DNA from: an uncultured Lentisphaerales bacterium | GTDB taxonomy: Bacteria > Verrucomicrobiota > Lentisphaeria > JABSQK01 > UBA12247 | Reading direction: 5' to 3' | Assembly (NCBI GenBank): GCA_943788985.1 | Contig: CALSSJ010000026.1 | Location: 87,744 to 151,743, forward strand | Length of the DNA stretch: 64,000 nt | Part shown: positions 1-11,240 of the stretch, piece by piece | How the letters are laid out: every line of letters starts with the position of its first letter | Position numbering within the stretch: the stretch's first letter is position 1 | Position numbers and translations under genes: made by a program | Notes under the pieces: generated by a model | Seen by the model: only the letters and a program-made list of their open reading frames with translations | Database searches by the model: none | Told to the model about the DNA's origin: nothing

Positions 1-318
1 GAGAATGGCCGGAACGGAGACAAAATTCAACCGAAGCTATTTCTGCTGCGTAACAACGCGCTGACCCATGTGATTGTCACCTACCAGGACGGGGAGTTGT
101 GCGCCTATGAGAACGGTGCCTTGAAATCCACAGTGCGCACAATTAGGGGGAGCCTGAGCGATTGGCAAGACTTCGAGTTTCTTCTGGGTAACGAGGTGGA
201 CGTGGACCGCCCATGGGAAGGCGCGATCTACCTGCACGCCGTTTATCCCCGCGCCCTGAATGAAGGCGAGGCCCAGCTCCATTTCACCACCGCGAAACAG
301 ATCATTAACGGGCGATAG
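1..318 (+). CDS. C-terminal part of a LamG-like (concanavalin A-like jelly-roll) domain protein, 5'-truncated by the window edge
   Basis: Frame open from base 1. 'THVIVTYQDGELCAYENG...LLGNE...WEGAI...AVYPRAL' fits the LamG-like C-terminal pattern. Confidence 0.6.
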   Translation, partial: ENGRNGDKIQPKLFLLRNNALTHVIVTYQDGELCAYENGALKSTVRTIRGSLSDWQDFEFLLGNEVDVDRPWEGAIYLHAVYPRALNEGEAQLHFTTAKQIINGR

Positions 319-322
319 TAGT

Positions 323-1021
323 TTGTCTTTCGCCAACGCGTTTGAACGCTATGATATCGGTGAGCAGTCCTATACGATTGCTGGCCGCACCATTTCAATC
401 TCTGCCCCACGTGACCCAGCTGTGCTGCTAGATGAACTGATCGCCAACGGCAGCGAGGTAGATGTGACGGACGAGCGGCTCCCGTACTGGGCTGAAATTT
501 GGTCGTCTTCGATTGCTCTGAGCGAGCATCTGCTGGAAGCTGGCGAGGTTGAGCCGAGCACGCGGTGCCTTGAGCTAGGCTGTGGATTGGGCCTGGTGGG
601 CGTCTCTCTGGGGTTTCGGACGCCGCATGTCCGTTTCACCGACTATCAGCCGGACGCTGTCGCTATGGCTCGGCACAACTGGCGCGGCGCGCACGGCGGC
701 GAGGCCGAAGGAGCGGTTCTGGACTGGCGCGAGCCCCCCGCCGACGGCCGCCGGTATGATCTGGTGGTCGCCGCTGACGTGGCCTACGAGGAGCGTTTTT
801 TTGCGCCCTTGGCCGATACCTTTTCACGCTGCCTGGCCCCCGGCGGCCACGTGATTCTGGCGGAACCAAGTCGCCCGGTGGCGGGAAGTTTTTACCTGAT
901 GTTGCGCGCCCGCGGTTGGTTGCATCAGGACACTCGCCGCACGGTGGCATCTAATCGCGGACCAGTGACCGTGCGTATTTCTACGTTTCGTCAGGGATCG
1001 TCGGCCGCTATTGCGTCTTGA
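323..1021 (+). CDS. Class I SAM-dependent methyltransferase (Methyltransf_16 / lysine methyltransferase-like)
   Basis: Motifs 'PYWAEIW', 'LELGCGLGL', 'TDY', 'LDW', '[10 protein letters not shown]'. Likely TTG start at 323; the ORF track starts at 260. Confidence 0.85.
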   Translation: MSFANAFERYDIGEQSYTIAGRTISISAPRDPAVLLDELIANGSEVDVTDERLPYWAEIWSSSIALSEHLLEAGEVEPSTRCLELGCGLGLVGVSLGFRTPHVRFTDYQPDAVAMARHNWRGAHGGEAEGAVLDWREPPADGRRYDLVVAADVAYEERFFAPLADTFSRCLAPGGHVILAEPSRPVAGSFYLMLRARGWLHQDTRRTVASNRGPVTVRISTFRQGSSAAIAS

Positions 1022-1073
1022 AAGGTCTTTTGTATACTACCAACTACCTCAGATTTCGCGTTCAGGAATAGAT

Positions 1074-2880
1074 ATGGCAGATCGCTCTCGCATCCGAAAC
1101 TTCTGCATCATCGCGCACATTGATCACGGCAAGTCCACGCTGGCTGATCGCTTCATGCAGCATACGTCCACCGTTCAAGACCGAGATTTCCAGGATCAAC
1201 TTCTGGATGACATGGATCTCGAACGTGAGCGCGGCATTACCATCAAGTCGCATCCGGTCCTCATTCACTATCGCGCCCAGGACGGCCACACCTACGAACT
1301 CAACCTGATCGACACGCCTGGGCACGTAGATTTTTCCTATGAGGTCAGCCGCAGCCTAGCGGCGTGCGAAGGCGCGCTGTTACTTATCGATGCCAGCCAG
1401 GGGGTCCAAGCACAGACCGTGGCAAACGTGACACTGGCCACCAATCTGGATTTGACCGTGATTCCCGTGATCAACAAGATCGACTTGCCAGCGGGCCAAC
1501 ATTGAGATGTGTAACGAGCAGCTTGAGGAGATTCTCGCAATTCCCGCTGACGAAGCGGTACACGCCAGCGCCAAGGCAGGCCTTGGCATTGAGGACATTC
1601 TTGAGGCAGTGGTCGCGCGCATTCCAGCTCCGAAGGAGCCGGAAGATGACTCCATTCGCGCGTTGATTTTCGACTCTGTCTATGACGCCTACCGAGGCGT
1701 GGTGAACTATGTACGCGTGGTCTCGGGAACGTTGGAGCGCGGGACAGCCATCCAGTTTTGTAGCACCAAGCTAAAATCGGAGGTCAAGGAAATCGGCGTA
1801 TTCTCGCCGGGAATGAACCCCAAGGACAAGCTTGAGCCCGGTGGCGTGGGTTACGTCATCGCGAACATCAAGTCACCCGATGACTCGAAGATGGGGGACA
1901 CACTCACTGGCACGCATAATCCTTGCCAAGACCCCTTGCCTGGGTTCAAGGAATGCCAACCCATGGTATTCAGTGGGATCTACCCAATCGACACTAATGA
2001 CTACGCCCAACTGAAGCTCAGCATGGGCAAGCTGCGCCTCAATGATGCCGCCTTCGAGTATCAGGCAGAGACTTCCGCCGCTCTGGGCTTTGGCTTTCGC
2101 TGCGGCTTTCTCGGGCTGCTCCATATGGAGATCATCCAAGAGCGCCTGCGTCGGGAGTACAACATGGACATCATCGCCACCTACCCCAGCGTAGTCTATC
2201 ACGTCTTCAAGACCGATGGCAGCTCCGTTCAGATCGACAACCCACTCCACCTTCCCGACCCGGTTAACATCGACCACATCGAAGAACCAATGGTCCTGTG
2301 CCATATCATGCTGCCCGGTGAGTATATCGGTGGCGTGATGAACCTGATCATGGACAAGCGCGGCTTCTGCCAGGAAACCATCTCCGTAGACCGCCTGCAC
2401 ATGATGTTGATCGCGCGCCTTCCCTTGCACGAGATCGTGATCGACTTCCACGACAAGCTCAAGACCATCACCCGCGGCTACGGCAGCATGGACTATGAAC
2501 CCAACGGCTACGAACCCGCCCCACTGGTGAAACTGGAGATGCGCGTGAACGGCGATCCCGTCGACGCCTTTGCCACGATCGTGCATCGCGATCATGCGCA
2601 ATCCCGGGGCCGTATTCTGGCCGAGCGCCTGAAAGACGTGATTCCACGCCACATGTTCAAAATCGCAATTCAGGCCGTCATTGGCGCCAATGTCGTGGCT
2701 CGCGAGACCATCGGGGCCCTACGGAAAGACGTGACAGCCAAGTGTTATGGCGGCGATATCACGCGGAAGCGCAAGCTGCTCGAGAAGCAGAAAGAGGGCA
2801 AGAAGAAAATGAAGCAGATCGGCAATGTAAACATCCCGCAGGATGCCTTCGTCAAGGTACTGAAATCCACGAAAAAGTGA
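1074..2880 (+). CDS. lepA: Elongation factor 4 (LepA), split by a +1 frameshift near 1493
   Basis: '[20 protein letters not shown]', 'ERERGITIK', '[14 protein letters not shown]', '[30 protein letters not shown]'. Removing one G from 'gcgggccaac' restores DLPAANIEM. Confidence 0.97.
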
Positions 2881-2895
2881 TCACTGAGCACCGTA

Positions 2896-3096
2896 ATGAC
2901 CATTCTCATCAACGATAAGCCACACGAACTGGACGAGCCTTGCTCGGTCGCAATTCTGCTTGAAAGACACGGTGCCCGCGCGGGGAGCGTGGCAGTCGCC
3001 CACAACGAGCAATTCGTGAGCCGTGCAAACTACGCAACCACAATCATGCAAGACGGTGACACGCTCGAGATTGTTGCGCCCATGCAAGGAGGCTGA
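2896..3096 (+). CDS. thiS: Sulfur carrier protein ThiS
   Basis: 66 aa with C-terminal '[13 protein letters not shown]' di-glycine; directly upstream of thiG. Confidence 0.95.
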   Translation: MTILINDKPHELDEPCSVAILLERHGARAGSVAVAHNEQFVSRANYATTIMQDGDTLEIVAPMQGG

Positions 3097-3098
3097 TC

Positions 3099-3881
3099 AT
3101 GTGGACCCTCGCTGATGCCACGCTCCAAAGCCGATTCCTAATCGGCACCGCCCTGTACCCATCTCCGGAGTCGATGCGCCAGGCGATCCAGGCGTCCGGC
3201 TCCGAAGTCGTCACAGTCTCACTGCGGCGGCAGCAGGCTGGCTCAGGCGGAGGCAACGACTTCTGGGAGCTGATTCGCTCCCTGAACGTCCACGTGCTGC
3301 CAAACACCGCTGGCTGCCACACTATCAAAGAAGTCATGGCCACCGCCCACATGGCGCGCGAGCTGTTCGACACCAACTGGATCAAGGTGGAGATCATTGG
3401 CGATGAATACACGCTGCAGCCAGACACCGCGCAGCTGCTGGCAGTCACCGAGAGCTTGATCCGCGACGGCTTCGAAGTCTTTCCCTATACCACCGATGAC
3501 CTGGTTGTGGCCCAGCGCCTGGCCGACCTGGGCTGCCGAATCGTGATGCCTTGGGCCTCCCCCATTGGCTCCGGCCAGGGCCTACTCAATCTCTACGCGC
3601 TCGAGACAATGCGCGCCAGACTGCCCCAGACTACGCTCATTATCGATGCTGGCATAGGCAAGCCCTCAGACGCTACCCGAGCCCTGGAGCTTGGCTTTGA
3701 CGGTGTACTGCTAAACAGTGCAGTCGCCCTAGCCCGAGACCCCGTGGGCATGGCCTCCGCATTTCGCTATGCCTTGAACGCTGGCCGAGCAGCCTACGAA
3801 GCCGGTGTAATGCAGCCGCGCAACATGGCCCAGCCAAGCACACCTACCTTGGGAACACCGTTCTGGGTGCAATCGAACTGA
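3099..3881 (+). CDS. thiG: Thiazole synthase ThiG
   Basis: 'LPNTAGC', 'WIKVEIIGD', '[12 protein letters not shown]', '[11 protein letters not shown]', '[10 protein letters not shown]'. Confidence 0.97.
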   Translation: MWTLADATLQSRFLIGTALYPSPESMRQAIQASGSEVVTVSLRRQQAGSGGGNDFWELIRSLNVHVLPNTAGCHTIKEVMATAHMARELFDTNWIKVEIIGDEYTLQPDTAQLLAVTESLIRDGFEVFPYTTDDLVVAQRLADLGCRIVMPWASPIGSGQGLLNLYALETMRARLPQTTLIIDAGIGKPSDATRALELGFDGVLLNSAVALARDPVGMASAFRYALNAGRAAYEAGVMQPRNMAQPSTPTLGTPFWVQSN

Positions 3882-3897
3882 TGCAGTCTCGCCAGCG

Positions 3898-4782
3898 ATG
3901 AGCATCGCGGTCATCCGCTTCAGTGCGCTTGGCGACATCGCCAGCGCCCTCCCCTACATCCGCGCCCTCCGCGAGGGCCCGACCCTCATTACCAGCGGCA
4001 TGGGTGCTGGCCTGCTCCAGGACGAATTCCCCGACATTCACGTACTCAAGAGCAAGCGCATCCGCGACGTGTTCAGCCTCGTTTGCGAACTCCGCAAACA
4101 GCGCTTCGACCATTTGATCGACCTGCAGAACAACGATCGCTCGCGGCTAATCCGCAGCTTGACCAGCGCGCGAGCCAAGATCTCCAGCAAGGGCATGCCA
4201 GGTGGGGTGCCCAATCTGGATAACTTCCACCGCATCATGATGCCCAGCGGCTTGCTCCAGGAACCGGACACCAGCTTTACTCCGAAGCCATGCGACTACA
4301 TCGTCTTGAATGTCGCCTCCAGCTCCAAATGGCACGCAAAGCGTCTGCCAGTGGCAAAGTGGCAGCAGTTCGCAGCCTTGCTGCACGACCGCTACGGGCT
4401 GCCGTTTAAGCTCACTGGTGGGGCTGACGAGCGCGACTATGTTGCGGAGGTCGCAGCCCAGCTGCCGGGCGAGTGCGAGAATGTCGCGGGCCAGACCAGT
4501 TTAGTCGAGCTGAAGCTACTGCTGCGCAACGCCTTCTTGGTGGTGTCTACCGACTCCGCAGCCATGCAGCTAGCAGCCGCAGAAAAGACACCCACAATCG
4601 GCCTGTTCGGCTGCACGAACTGGGTCCGTGCCCGCCCGTTCGGCCCCTGGAGCACAGTGCTATACGACAAGGCCGTGTATCCCGACGATCAGCCCCCGCC
4701 GGTTAGCATCGAAACGCCCGGTGCCTACTACGACGGCATCGACCTGGCGGACGGCTTGACCGCCTTGGCCAAGTTTCTCTGA
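3898..4782 (+). CDS. Glycosyltransferase family 9 (heptosyltransferase-like)
   Basis: 'IRFSALGDI', 'IDLQ', 'AGQTSLVEL', 'STDSAAMQLAAA...TIGLFG'. Confidence 0.9.
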   Translation: MSIAVIRFSALGDIASALPYIRALREGPTLITSGMGAGLLQDEFPDIHVLKSKRIRDVFSLVCELRKQRFDHLIDLQNNDRSRLIRSLTSARAKISSKGMPGGVPNLDNFHRIMMPSGLLQEPDTSFTPKPCDYIVLNVASSSKWHAKRLPVAKWQQFAALLHDRYGLPFKLTGGADERDYVAEVAAQLPGECENVAGQTSLVELKLLLRNAFLVVSTDSAAMQLAAAEKTPTIGLFGCTNWVRARPFGPWSTVLYDKAVYPDDQPPPVSIETPGAYYDGIDLADGLTALAKFL

Positions 4783-4957
4783 CGCCGCCCTAGCCCCAGT
4801 CCAAGCGATCGGTGGCCCCTCCAAAAGGTCGTCTCGGGTCGAGGTCCATCGCTAGCAGCCGATTCGAGTCGGCCCCCTCGAGGATCTGCTCGAAACCAGT
4901 TTTGTTTCGCGTAAATGAAATACGCGTGTTTCGCGGGCAGCTTCTTTAAGGGTCCTG

Positions 4958-6589
4958 CTAGTCCACCTTCCCCTGATGATGGTGCGCTAGGTATTGCGTA
5001 AACGCGTAGTGCACCACATTCACCCCCAGCTTGTAGGCCTGGTTTGCCAGCCCTTCATGAATCCCAGAGTGCCCCGTTTTCCAGGCATCGTTCAGATCGC
5101 CCTGATGGTAGAACGCCACCCACCGCCCATCATGGCGGAGTCCGACCGCCTCGCGCCCCGAGTGATGCCAGAAGGCAGGGGCCCCATTCGGGAACAGATG
5201 CGGATGCTGAAACATCTGATCATCTCGCGAGATCGTAATCCAGCTCTTCTCCGGAAACACCCGCTTCATCGCCGCGCGAAAGGACGTATTAAAGGTGCCG
5301 CCCCCGTTGTCAGCGAAAATCATGCCGCCCTCTTTCAGACAGTAGTCGCGCAGTGCCGTCACTTCGTGATTGGACACATTCATGCCACCGCGCCCGGTGA
5401 GAAAGACGAACGGGGGCGCCTTCCCCTTCGGAAAAAATCGCAGCCGCCCGATCGTACGCTGCTCGGCACGCCGTGCTACTGGCAAGCCCGTGATCTGGCC
5501 CAGCTTAAACAGCATGTTGTCATCGGCTGACAGGTGCAAATCCTGATCCCAGTCGCCCCCGTCGTATTGCAGGCGAATGAAACGAACGCGCCCCGGCATG
5601 CCGTCCGGCCAGCCGCCCGAAGGGCCACTGGCATCTCCAATTTTTCCTTCGACACCGCGAGCCTGATACTCATTTTGAGTGACTTTCTCCGTTTCTTCTA
5701 AAATCTCGCTCTCGTCTGGATCAATGTGGTAGAACAGAATGTCCGTGTTCATGGAAAGCACCAGCTTCTGCTTTTTCACCTTTTCCTTTTTAACCCGCCG
5801 TATTTCAGTAAGGACTACTTTCGCGCCCTGGCCTTCCGGAATCTCGTAGGGCTCCTCCCAACCGCAGCCGCGCAACAACACCGGAATCAGAATCAGCCAG
5901 GCGCAATGCAGCCCTGTGGCCCACCAGAGCGATGACGAAAACTGTGGATCGTCCCCGCCACTGCGCAAAGCAGGCAATAAGCGATCGCCAATCAAGCGAG
6001 CTCGCCTCAGCCCGTAGTGCGCCTGTACCTTGGCCCGCAGCAGCGTCAGCCAGGCCAGCACCAGCCAGCCTCCGAGCAGGATCCCGATTCCTAGCGTGCG
6101 CAGCCAAGAAGCGTTGCGCATGAAGCGGTGAAAAGCCTGTGGCTGCAGACCGTGCAGCAATGTGGGCCCTTGTAGCAACAGCACGATTAGCAGCACAAAG
6201 GCAGCGCTGCAGGCCAGCAGCGCGACTCCCTGCAGTCTGGCAATCACTCGGCTCCGCCAGCGAGCCAAGACGACCCCAGCCAGCAGTAATACCGCTACGC
6301 CTCGCAGCGCTACTAGCACCAGTTGAAACTCGTACGAGTACGCCAACAGCCCCAGCACCTCCAACTGGTCCTCTCCGAGCCCGGCGCCGTGCCGCAAAAT
6401 GCCTGCGTCCGCCCAGACCGCCAGGATGCAAAGCACAGCCAAGCTAGTCAAGGCGGACGCTGTCTGCGCAATCGGGCTCAGTCGGCCGAAACTCCGATCA
6501 CTCAGCGCGAAGCAGGCGTTCATCAGCCAGTGCACGCTGCGATGGGCCAGCCCGCACAGTCCCCAGAACGCTGTCCGGAGTCGGTCCAT
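4958..6589 (-). CDS. Multi-TM membrane protein with C-terminal DUF4159-like domain
   Basis: Several hydrophobic helices, then 'FIRLQYDGGDWDQD...PFVFLTG...LRDYC..EGGMIFADN...AYKLGVNVVHYA'. Confidence 0.75.
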   Translation of the reverse strand: MDRLRTAFWGLCGLAHRSVHWLMNACFALSDRSFGRLSPIAQTASALTSLAVLCILAVWADAGILRHGAGLGEDQLEVLGLLAYSYEFQLVLVALRGVAVLLLAGVVLARWRSRVIARLQGVALLACSAAFVLLIVLLLQGPTLLHGLQPQAFHRFMRNASWLRTLGIGILLGGWLVLAWLTLLRAKVQAHYGLRRARLIGDRLLPALRSGGDDPQFSSSLWWATGLHCAWLILIPVLLRGCGWEEPYEIPEGQGAKVVLTEIRRVKKEKVKKQKLVLSMNTDILFYHIDPDESEILEETEKVTQNEYQARGVEGKIGDASGPSGGWPDGMPGRVRFIRLQYDGGDWDQDLHLSADDNMLFKLGQITGLPVARRAEQRTIGRLRFFPKGKAPPFVFLTGRGGMNVSNHEVTALRDYCLKEGGMIFADNGGGTFNTSFRAAMKRVFPEKSWITISRDDQMFQHPHLFPNGAPAFWHHSGREAVGLRHDGRWVAFYHQGDLNDAWKTGHSGIHEGLANQAYKLGVNVVHYAFTQYLAHHHQGKVD

Positions 6590-6996
6590 CAGAGGCCGAA
6601 TTCCTCGTCCAGGCTCAGACTTGAATCCTCAGGCCGTGTTGTGTCGATCTCCCTGGCGCGGGCATCAGTTTTCTTATTCTTCTTCTGTTCCGCCTGCTCT
6701 TCGGCCTCGGCCTTCTTCTTCTCCTCACGTGCTGTACGGTTCTTCTCTGCCTCCGCACGACGCTCCGCCAGCTGCAAGGCTCGGGCATCCTCCTCTGCCG
6801 CCTGGCGCTCGGCATCCATGGCGCCGCGCACATCCCAGGTGCCATAGCTTGTCACCTTCATGAAGTAGGGTATGGAGGTAACCCCAAGCACGGCAACATG
6901 CAGCACCAGCGCTATCACGAGCGTCGTGACAAACGGCCGCCCCTTGGCCACTGCACCCACCAGCTTATTTGCTTCATCCTGTGTATGATCTTTCAT
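6589..6996 (-). CDS. Single-TM protein with charged Ala/Glu/Lys-rich stalk (TolA/TonB-anchor-like)
   Basis: TM segment 'TLVIALVLHVAVLG' followed by a low-complexity charged helix; translationally coupled within the ExbBD operon. Confidence 0.65.
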   Translation of the reverse strand: MKDHTQDEANKLVGAVAKGRPFVTTLVIALVLHVAVLGVTSIPYFMKVTSYGTWDVRGAMDAERQAAEEDARALQLAERRAEAEKNRTAREEKKKAEAEEQAEQKKNKKTDARAREIDTTRPEDSSLSLDEEFGL

Positions 6997-7391
6997 TATT
7001 CCTGCTCTCCTATCCAGGCCAATTGCGCCGCTGTCGCACTCAATGCCGAGAGCAAGGGCGAGAACTGTTCATGCCGCATGTTTTCGTCTATCTTCAACAT
7101 TACCAAATTCTCCGCTCGTGCTTCCAACTCCCCGCTCACCAGCGCCTCCACATCGCCCAGCGCACAGGGCCTGCCCTGCACCCAGACCACGCCCTCTCCA
7201 TCCATGCTCACAGTTACCTGGCCATCGTGGATCTTGGCGATGTCCTGAGATTTTGGGAGCGTTACGTCCACGTGCGCCTCCTTGATGAACACCGAGGTGA
7301 CCATGAAAAAGATGATCAGCAGAAAGGCGATATCGCCCATCGGAGCAAACGGGACGTGCGGTTTCACGCGAGACCGGTGTTTCAGCTTCAT
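6996..7391 (-). CDS. ExbD/TolR family biopolymer transport protein
   Basis: 'PMGDIAFLLIIFFMVTS' signature. Confidence 0.9.
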   Translation of the reverse strand: MKLKHRSRVKPHVPFAPMGDIAFLLIIFFMVTSVFIKEAHVDVTLPKSQDIAKIHDGQVTVSMDGEGVVWVQGRPCALGDVEALVSGELEARAENLVMLKIDENMRHEQFSPLLSALSATAAQLAWIGEQE

Positions 7392-7801
7392 TGACTTTCT
7401 TCCTCAAATATGGCGAGGATACCGCCAGCGTCCGCCACTGCCGCAACCACCTGGTAATAGCGGCCACAGCGCACGCCCGGCGAACTTTCAATCCAGACCA
7501 AGCGCTCCTCATCGGGACGGTCCGCCAGCTGCGCGTCGCTCAGATACTCGCGCAGCGACTGCAGCCCCGCGAGTTCATCCTCACCATTCAGCATAATGCG
7601 CTCGGGCGTCAGATGAATCGTCAACACCTCATTCTGGACGTTCTCCGGATCCTTGCTCGCGGACGGAAGCTCCAGCTTCTGCCCGCTGTTTCTCACGAAA
7701 GTCGACGTCAGAATGAAGAAGATGATCAGCAGAAAGGCGACGTCCGCAAATGCCACCAGATCGGCAGCGGCCTCCACACGTTTCCGCCGGGAGAGTTTCA
7801 T
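7388..7801 (-). CDS. ExbD/TolR family biopolymer transport protein
   Basis: 'AFADVAFLLIIFFILTS' signature. Confidence 0.88.
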   Translation of the reverse strand: MKLSRRKRVEAAADLVAFADVAFLLIIFFILTSTFVRNSGQKLELPSASKDPENVQNEVLTIHLTPERIMLNGEDELAGLQSLREYLSDAQLADRPDEERLVWIESSPGVRCGRYYQVVAAVADAGGILAIFEEESQ

Positions 7802-8436
7802 GCGGCATGCTCGAAATCAATCACATTCAAAATCGTATTGGCGGCTTCCTCCACGTCCAGGGACACCCGTTCTACGCGCCGGGAGAAGACGTTGTGAAAG
7901 ATCACAGCCGGGATTGCCACGATTAATCCTGCGGCCGTCGTCACCAGAGCCATGGAGATGCCAGAAGCCACGGCTCCACCATCGAGTCCGCCCACAGCGG
8001 CCATGCTGTCGAATGAGGTAATCATGCCGACCACAGTACCGGTCATACCGACCAGCGGGGCCACGCTGCCGACCATGGCCAAGTAGTTCAGACGCTTCTC
8101 CAGCATCTCCAGCACGCGCGGCGCATAGTCGATCATCGCTCGGCTCACCAGCTCCGAAACCTGCCCGGTCTTCCCCGCCTCGGTCAGTTTCTGATAGTGC
8201 GACACGCCTACCAGCGCGACAGCTGCCGCCGGACCGCCCGTCTCCCGGCAGACCGCCACAGCCCGCTCGCAGGCTCCGTCTGACAGCGCATCACGGAGGC
8301 CCGCACAGAGCCCTTCGACATCAGCCTCGGCAGCGCGAAACGCCCGCAATCTATCCAGAATCACCCCTACCGCGAGGACGGATAGTCCCAACAACACAGT
8401 CATCATCATCCCACCATCCAACAGATACTGCAGCAT
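7798..8436 (-). CDS. MotA/TolQ/ExbB proton channel family protein
   Basis: 'APLVGMTGTVVGMITSF', 'GISMALVTTAAGLIVAIPA'. Confidence 0.93.
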   Translation of the reverse strand: MLQYLLDGGMMMTVLLGLSVLAVGVILDRLRAFRAAEADVEGLCAGLRDALSDGACERAVAVCRETGGPAAAVALVGVSHYQKLTEAGKTGQVSELVSRAMIDYAPRVLEMLEKRLNYLAMVGSVAPLVGMTGTVVGMITSFDSMAAVGGLDGGAVASGISMALVTTAAGLIVAIPAVIFHNVFSRRVERVSLDVEEAANTILNVIDFEHAA

Positions 8437-8683
8437 CCTCGATCTCCTTGTCCGCCAGTTATTTGCTCCCGGACGATATAGCGCAAGTCGCGTCCTGCAA
8501 CGTCCTCGCTAGCCCAATTCGTGTCTACGCGTGAGATTGTCGCTTCGCAGCCCTTGGGGGGAGCCCGTCTCACTGCAGGCAAGCAAAGGGTCAATGACAG
8601 CTCCGCAACTCTTGAACCGCATAGGAATTTGAATTTATGATCCGTCCGATGTTCCTTTATTTCTTGCAGGATAGCCTCGAATC

Positions 8684-8797
8684 TTACAGGAAGGAGCGAG
8701 AAGAAAAAGGAAGGGATCCGAGAGTAGTGCAACAGACTGATGAGTTGTCGCCAGAATGTCTTCTAACTCTCAGATCGGGCGCCCTTCCGTCCTGTAG
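8684..8797. repeat. Imperfect palindromic intergenic (REP-like) element
   Basis: 'tacagga...ggaagggatccgagag' pairs with 'ctctcagatc...cccttccgtcctgta'; related to the 'cttcctgtccttcctaccttcctgtaa' unit near 55382. Confidence 0.45.
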
Positions 8798-9379
8798 CAG
8801 AAAGCGATTGAATTACTCAGCCGGGGCCAGGCGCAGCGTTTCGCAATTGGCGAAGCGAATACAGCGCCGTCCCGTCTGAGAGAAAACCACGCCCATACCG
8901 CCGTTTACTCGCTCGCTCTTGCCGCACCACATCGGCACTCAGATCCATCACAAAAGCCTTGGATCCGATAATTGCTCCATCGGCCCAGTAGCATGCGCAG
9001 CCTGTCAACTGCAAGCGCGGCCCAGTTGAAACTGATCGGTATCCCCTTGTGCCCAATCCGCAGGCCGCGCCCACCTCGTGATCAGGGCACGTGAAGACGC
9101 GTAGTGACACCTCGGCCGAGCCAGAAAAACGACGCAGGAGACGCAGATTCTCTGACTAGAAATGGGACGCGCTGTCGCACTTCCAGTCGGGCCGCGCCCT
9201 TGATATGTCATATATTTTGATTTCCAGCTACTCAATTAGGACGTACTCACGGGCGACATGCGATCTGTAAAGTATCGGTTATGTTGTCGCATGCGCATTC
9301 TGATTCTCCGCTTCATTCTTTCGATTCAGCCTGCCGGTCATCGCATCAGTAGCTCCCTCACTGGCCGTCCGCTCTGTGT

Positions 9380-10705
9380 TTGCGTGGACTCTCAAACGTG
9401 AGTCAACGTGCGTTTCGTTTCGGCTTGCTCATTGCCGTTCTTTTTGGATTGGGCTTGAGGTTTGCCCATCTGGCGAGCTGCAAGAACTGGCTTTTCGACG
9501 AGTATTATTACTACTTTACCACTGCGGCGAGCGCCTATCAGGGTGAAGGCTTCAACGCGGCGTACAACACCGAGCGCGAGGGGATATTTGTGCCGCCGCC
9601 GGGTCAGTCTTGGTTCATCCTCGCGATGCTCCCGTTTTGCAGCTACACCCAGCCGGACGGCAGCCTTGAAGTGGTCATCGTCCTGCCAAAGCTAATTCAG
9701 ATCCTCCTCTCCGGATTTACGATCATTCTCTTCGGGCTCATTGGACGCCAACTGCGATCGCGTCTAGCGGGGCTCATTGCTGCCTTTTCTGCCGCGCTCT
9801 ACCCGGGGTTTGTTCATTGGTCCGGCTACCTGATGAGCGAGAGCAACTACCTGCTGGGACTCACGCTGCTTACCTGGCTACTGCTGCGCTGGGTCGATCG
9901 GCCGTACTACCGACGAGCGCTTCTTGCCGCAGCCGTTCTCGGCCTGCTCTGCTTTCAGCGCGGAAATCCCTTGCTTCTCGCCCCCACATTGGCTGGCTTT
10001 TCGATCTTCATCATGGGCTGGAAACGCGGGTGGCGTCCGGCGCTTACCTTCATGTTCCTCCCGATGTTTATCCTATTGCCTTGGCGACAGTTCAACGCCG
10101 AGCGGCATGGCGATCCAGTGTGGGTAAGCAGTAACTCCGGAATCCTCTTTCACTACGCGAATCGGATCAATCTCGATCCAGTGAAAACTCCGCACTGGGA
10201 CGACATGGGCAGCATCGCTCTCGTTTCTGAGATTGAGAGCCAGTTTCACCGTGAAGACGGTAAGCTAAATGCCACATACTATCGCTACGGACAGGCCTAT
10301 TTGGATCACGCGAAGGCATACGTGTTTGCCAATCCGGGACACTTCCTGCGCAACTACTTCCTCAAGCTCTGGAATCAATTCACCGTAGTGCCCAGTAACC
10401 CAGTCAGCTTTTTGCGAAGTCCGCAACTTTGGAGCTGGCTGCATCACCTTCTGCTCTTCGCCGGTACCGGTGGCTTTGTGGTCATGTTAACTCGTGCGCG
10501 CAACCGCCATGCTTTCCTACTGCTTACCGTATTCGCGTACTTCTCAGCATTCGGTGCGCTCTTTCATCTCACGCGCGATGGCCGCATGGCACTTGTGCTC
10601 AAAGTCTATCTTATCTTCTACGCAGCGTGGTTCATCGATTGGCTGTATTCAGCGCTTCGCACTCGGCGCTCGCAGTGCCAAGAGATCGCAGTCGCCGACT
10701 GCTAG
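9380..10705 (+). CDS. GT-C fold glycosyltransferase (ArnT/PMT family 39-like), multi-TM
   Basis: 'FDEYYY' in the first loop, 'PPG', 'ALYP...YLMSE', many TM helices. Start may be the GTG at 9398. Confidence 0.8.
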   Translation: MRGLSNVSQRAFRFGLLIAVLFGLGLRFAHLASCKNWLFDEYYYYFTTAASAYQGEGFNAAYNTEREGIFVPPPGQSWFILAMLPFCSYTQPDGSLEVVIVLPKLIQILLSGFTIILFGLIGRQLRSRLAGLIAAFSAALYPGFVHWSGYLMSESNYLLGLTLLTWLLLRWVDRPYYRRALLAAAVLGLLCFQRGNPLLLAPTLAGFSIFIMGWKRGWRPALTFMFLPMFILLPWRQFNAERHGDPVWVSSNSGILFHYANRINLDPVKTPHWDDMGSIALVSEIESQFHREDGKLNATYYRYGQAYLDHAKAYVFANPGHFLRNYFLKLWNQFTVVPSNPVSFLRSPQLWSWLHHLLLFAGTGGFVVMLTRARNRHAFLLLTVFAYFSAFGALFHLTRDGRMALVLKVYLIFYAAWFIDWLYSALRTRRSQCQEIAVADC

Positions 10706-11240
10706 GACTGCTTGAACCACGGCGGCGATTGCCGACTGGGATTTCGACGATGTGGCGAGGAGCACGTTCACAAATGCGACACACTTCTGGCGCGTCCTTT
10801 AGTGGAATCTCCGGGGAATTGTATTCGCCGGAGACCGCCACGAACTGCCATACCTCATCATTGCACGGGCTTTGAATCCGTTGTGGCGGGACACTTTCGC
10901 CGAATGCGCCACGCGAGGAATACAGCTGCCCGCTCTTGCCGATACGCAGACTGAACGAGTTGCCTACGTCGTGAACATGCTTCATCTTCAGGTTGAATAC
11001 AGTTTCTTCGTCCAGCCCTTTGTATCAGAGACTGCCACTGGGCGTGTAGGTGGGTGACATCGTCGTGCGGCCTCGCTTGGCCTCCGGAACGTCGGCAACA
11101 CCAAGAGGGCAGATGTCCAGCAACTGCGCGTCAACCTTGACTCGCCCCGTTGATTTTGAGTCTCCCTGCGCACTCGCGGAACCGGCAAGGAGCCCCGCCG
11201 CAAGCACGGCTCCGATACAATAGGCAAAAAGTCTTGAACT

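Noticed and set aside
1490..1510. Programmed frameshift or true pseudogenisation of lepA
   Set aside because: Single extra G, no slippery heptamer, the rest of the gene is intact, and similar indels occur throughout the window.
2881..2895. TPP riboswitch upstream of thiS-thiG
   Set aside because: Only 15 bp separate lepA and thiS; no room and no motif.
8737..8765. 'CTGATGAG' resembling a hammerhead ribozyme core inside a hairpin
   Set aside because: No stem II followed by GAAA and no properly placed cleavage triplet; better explained as part of a palindromic repeat.
10712..11230. Short ORFs between the GT-C gene and the first sulfatase
   Set aside because: No recognisable family, RBS or consistent frame; cannot be supported.
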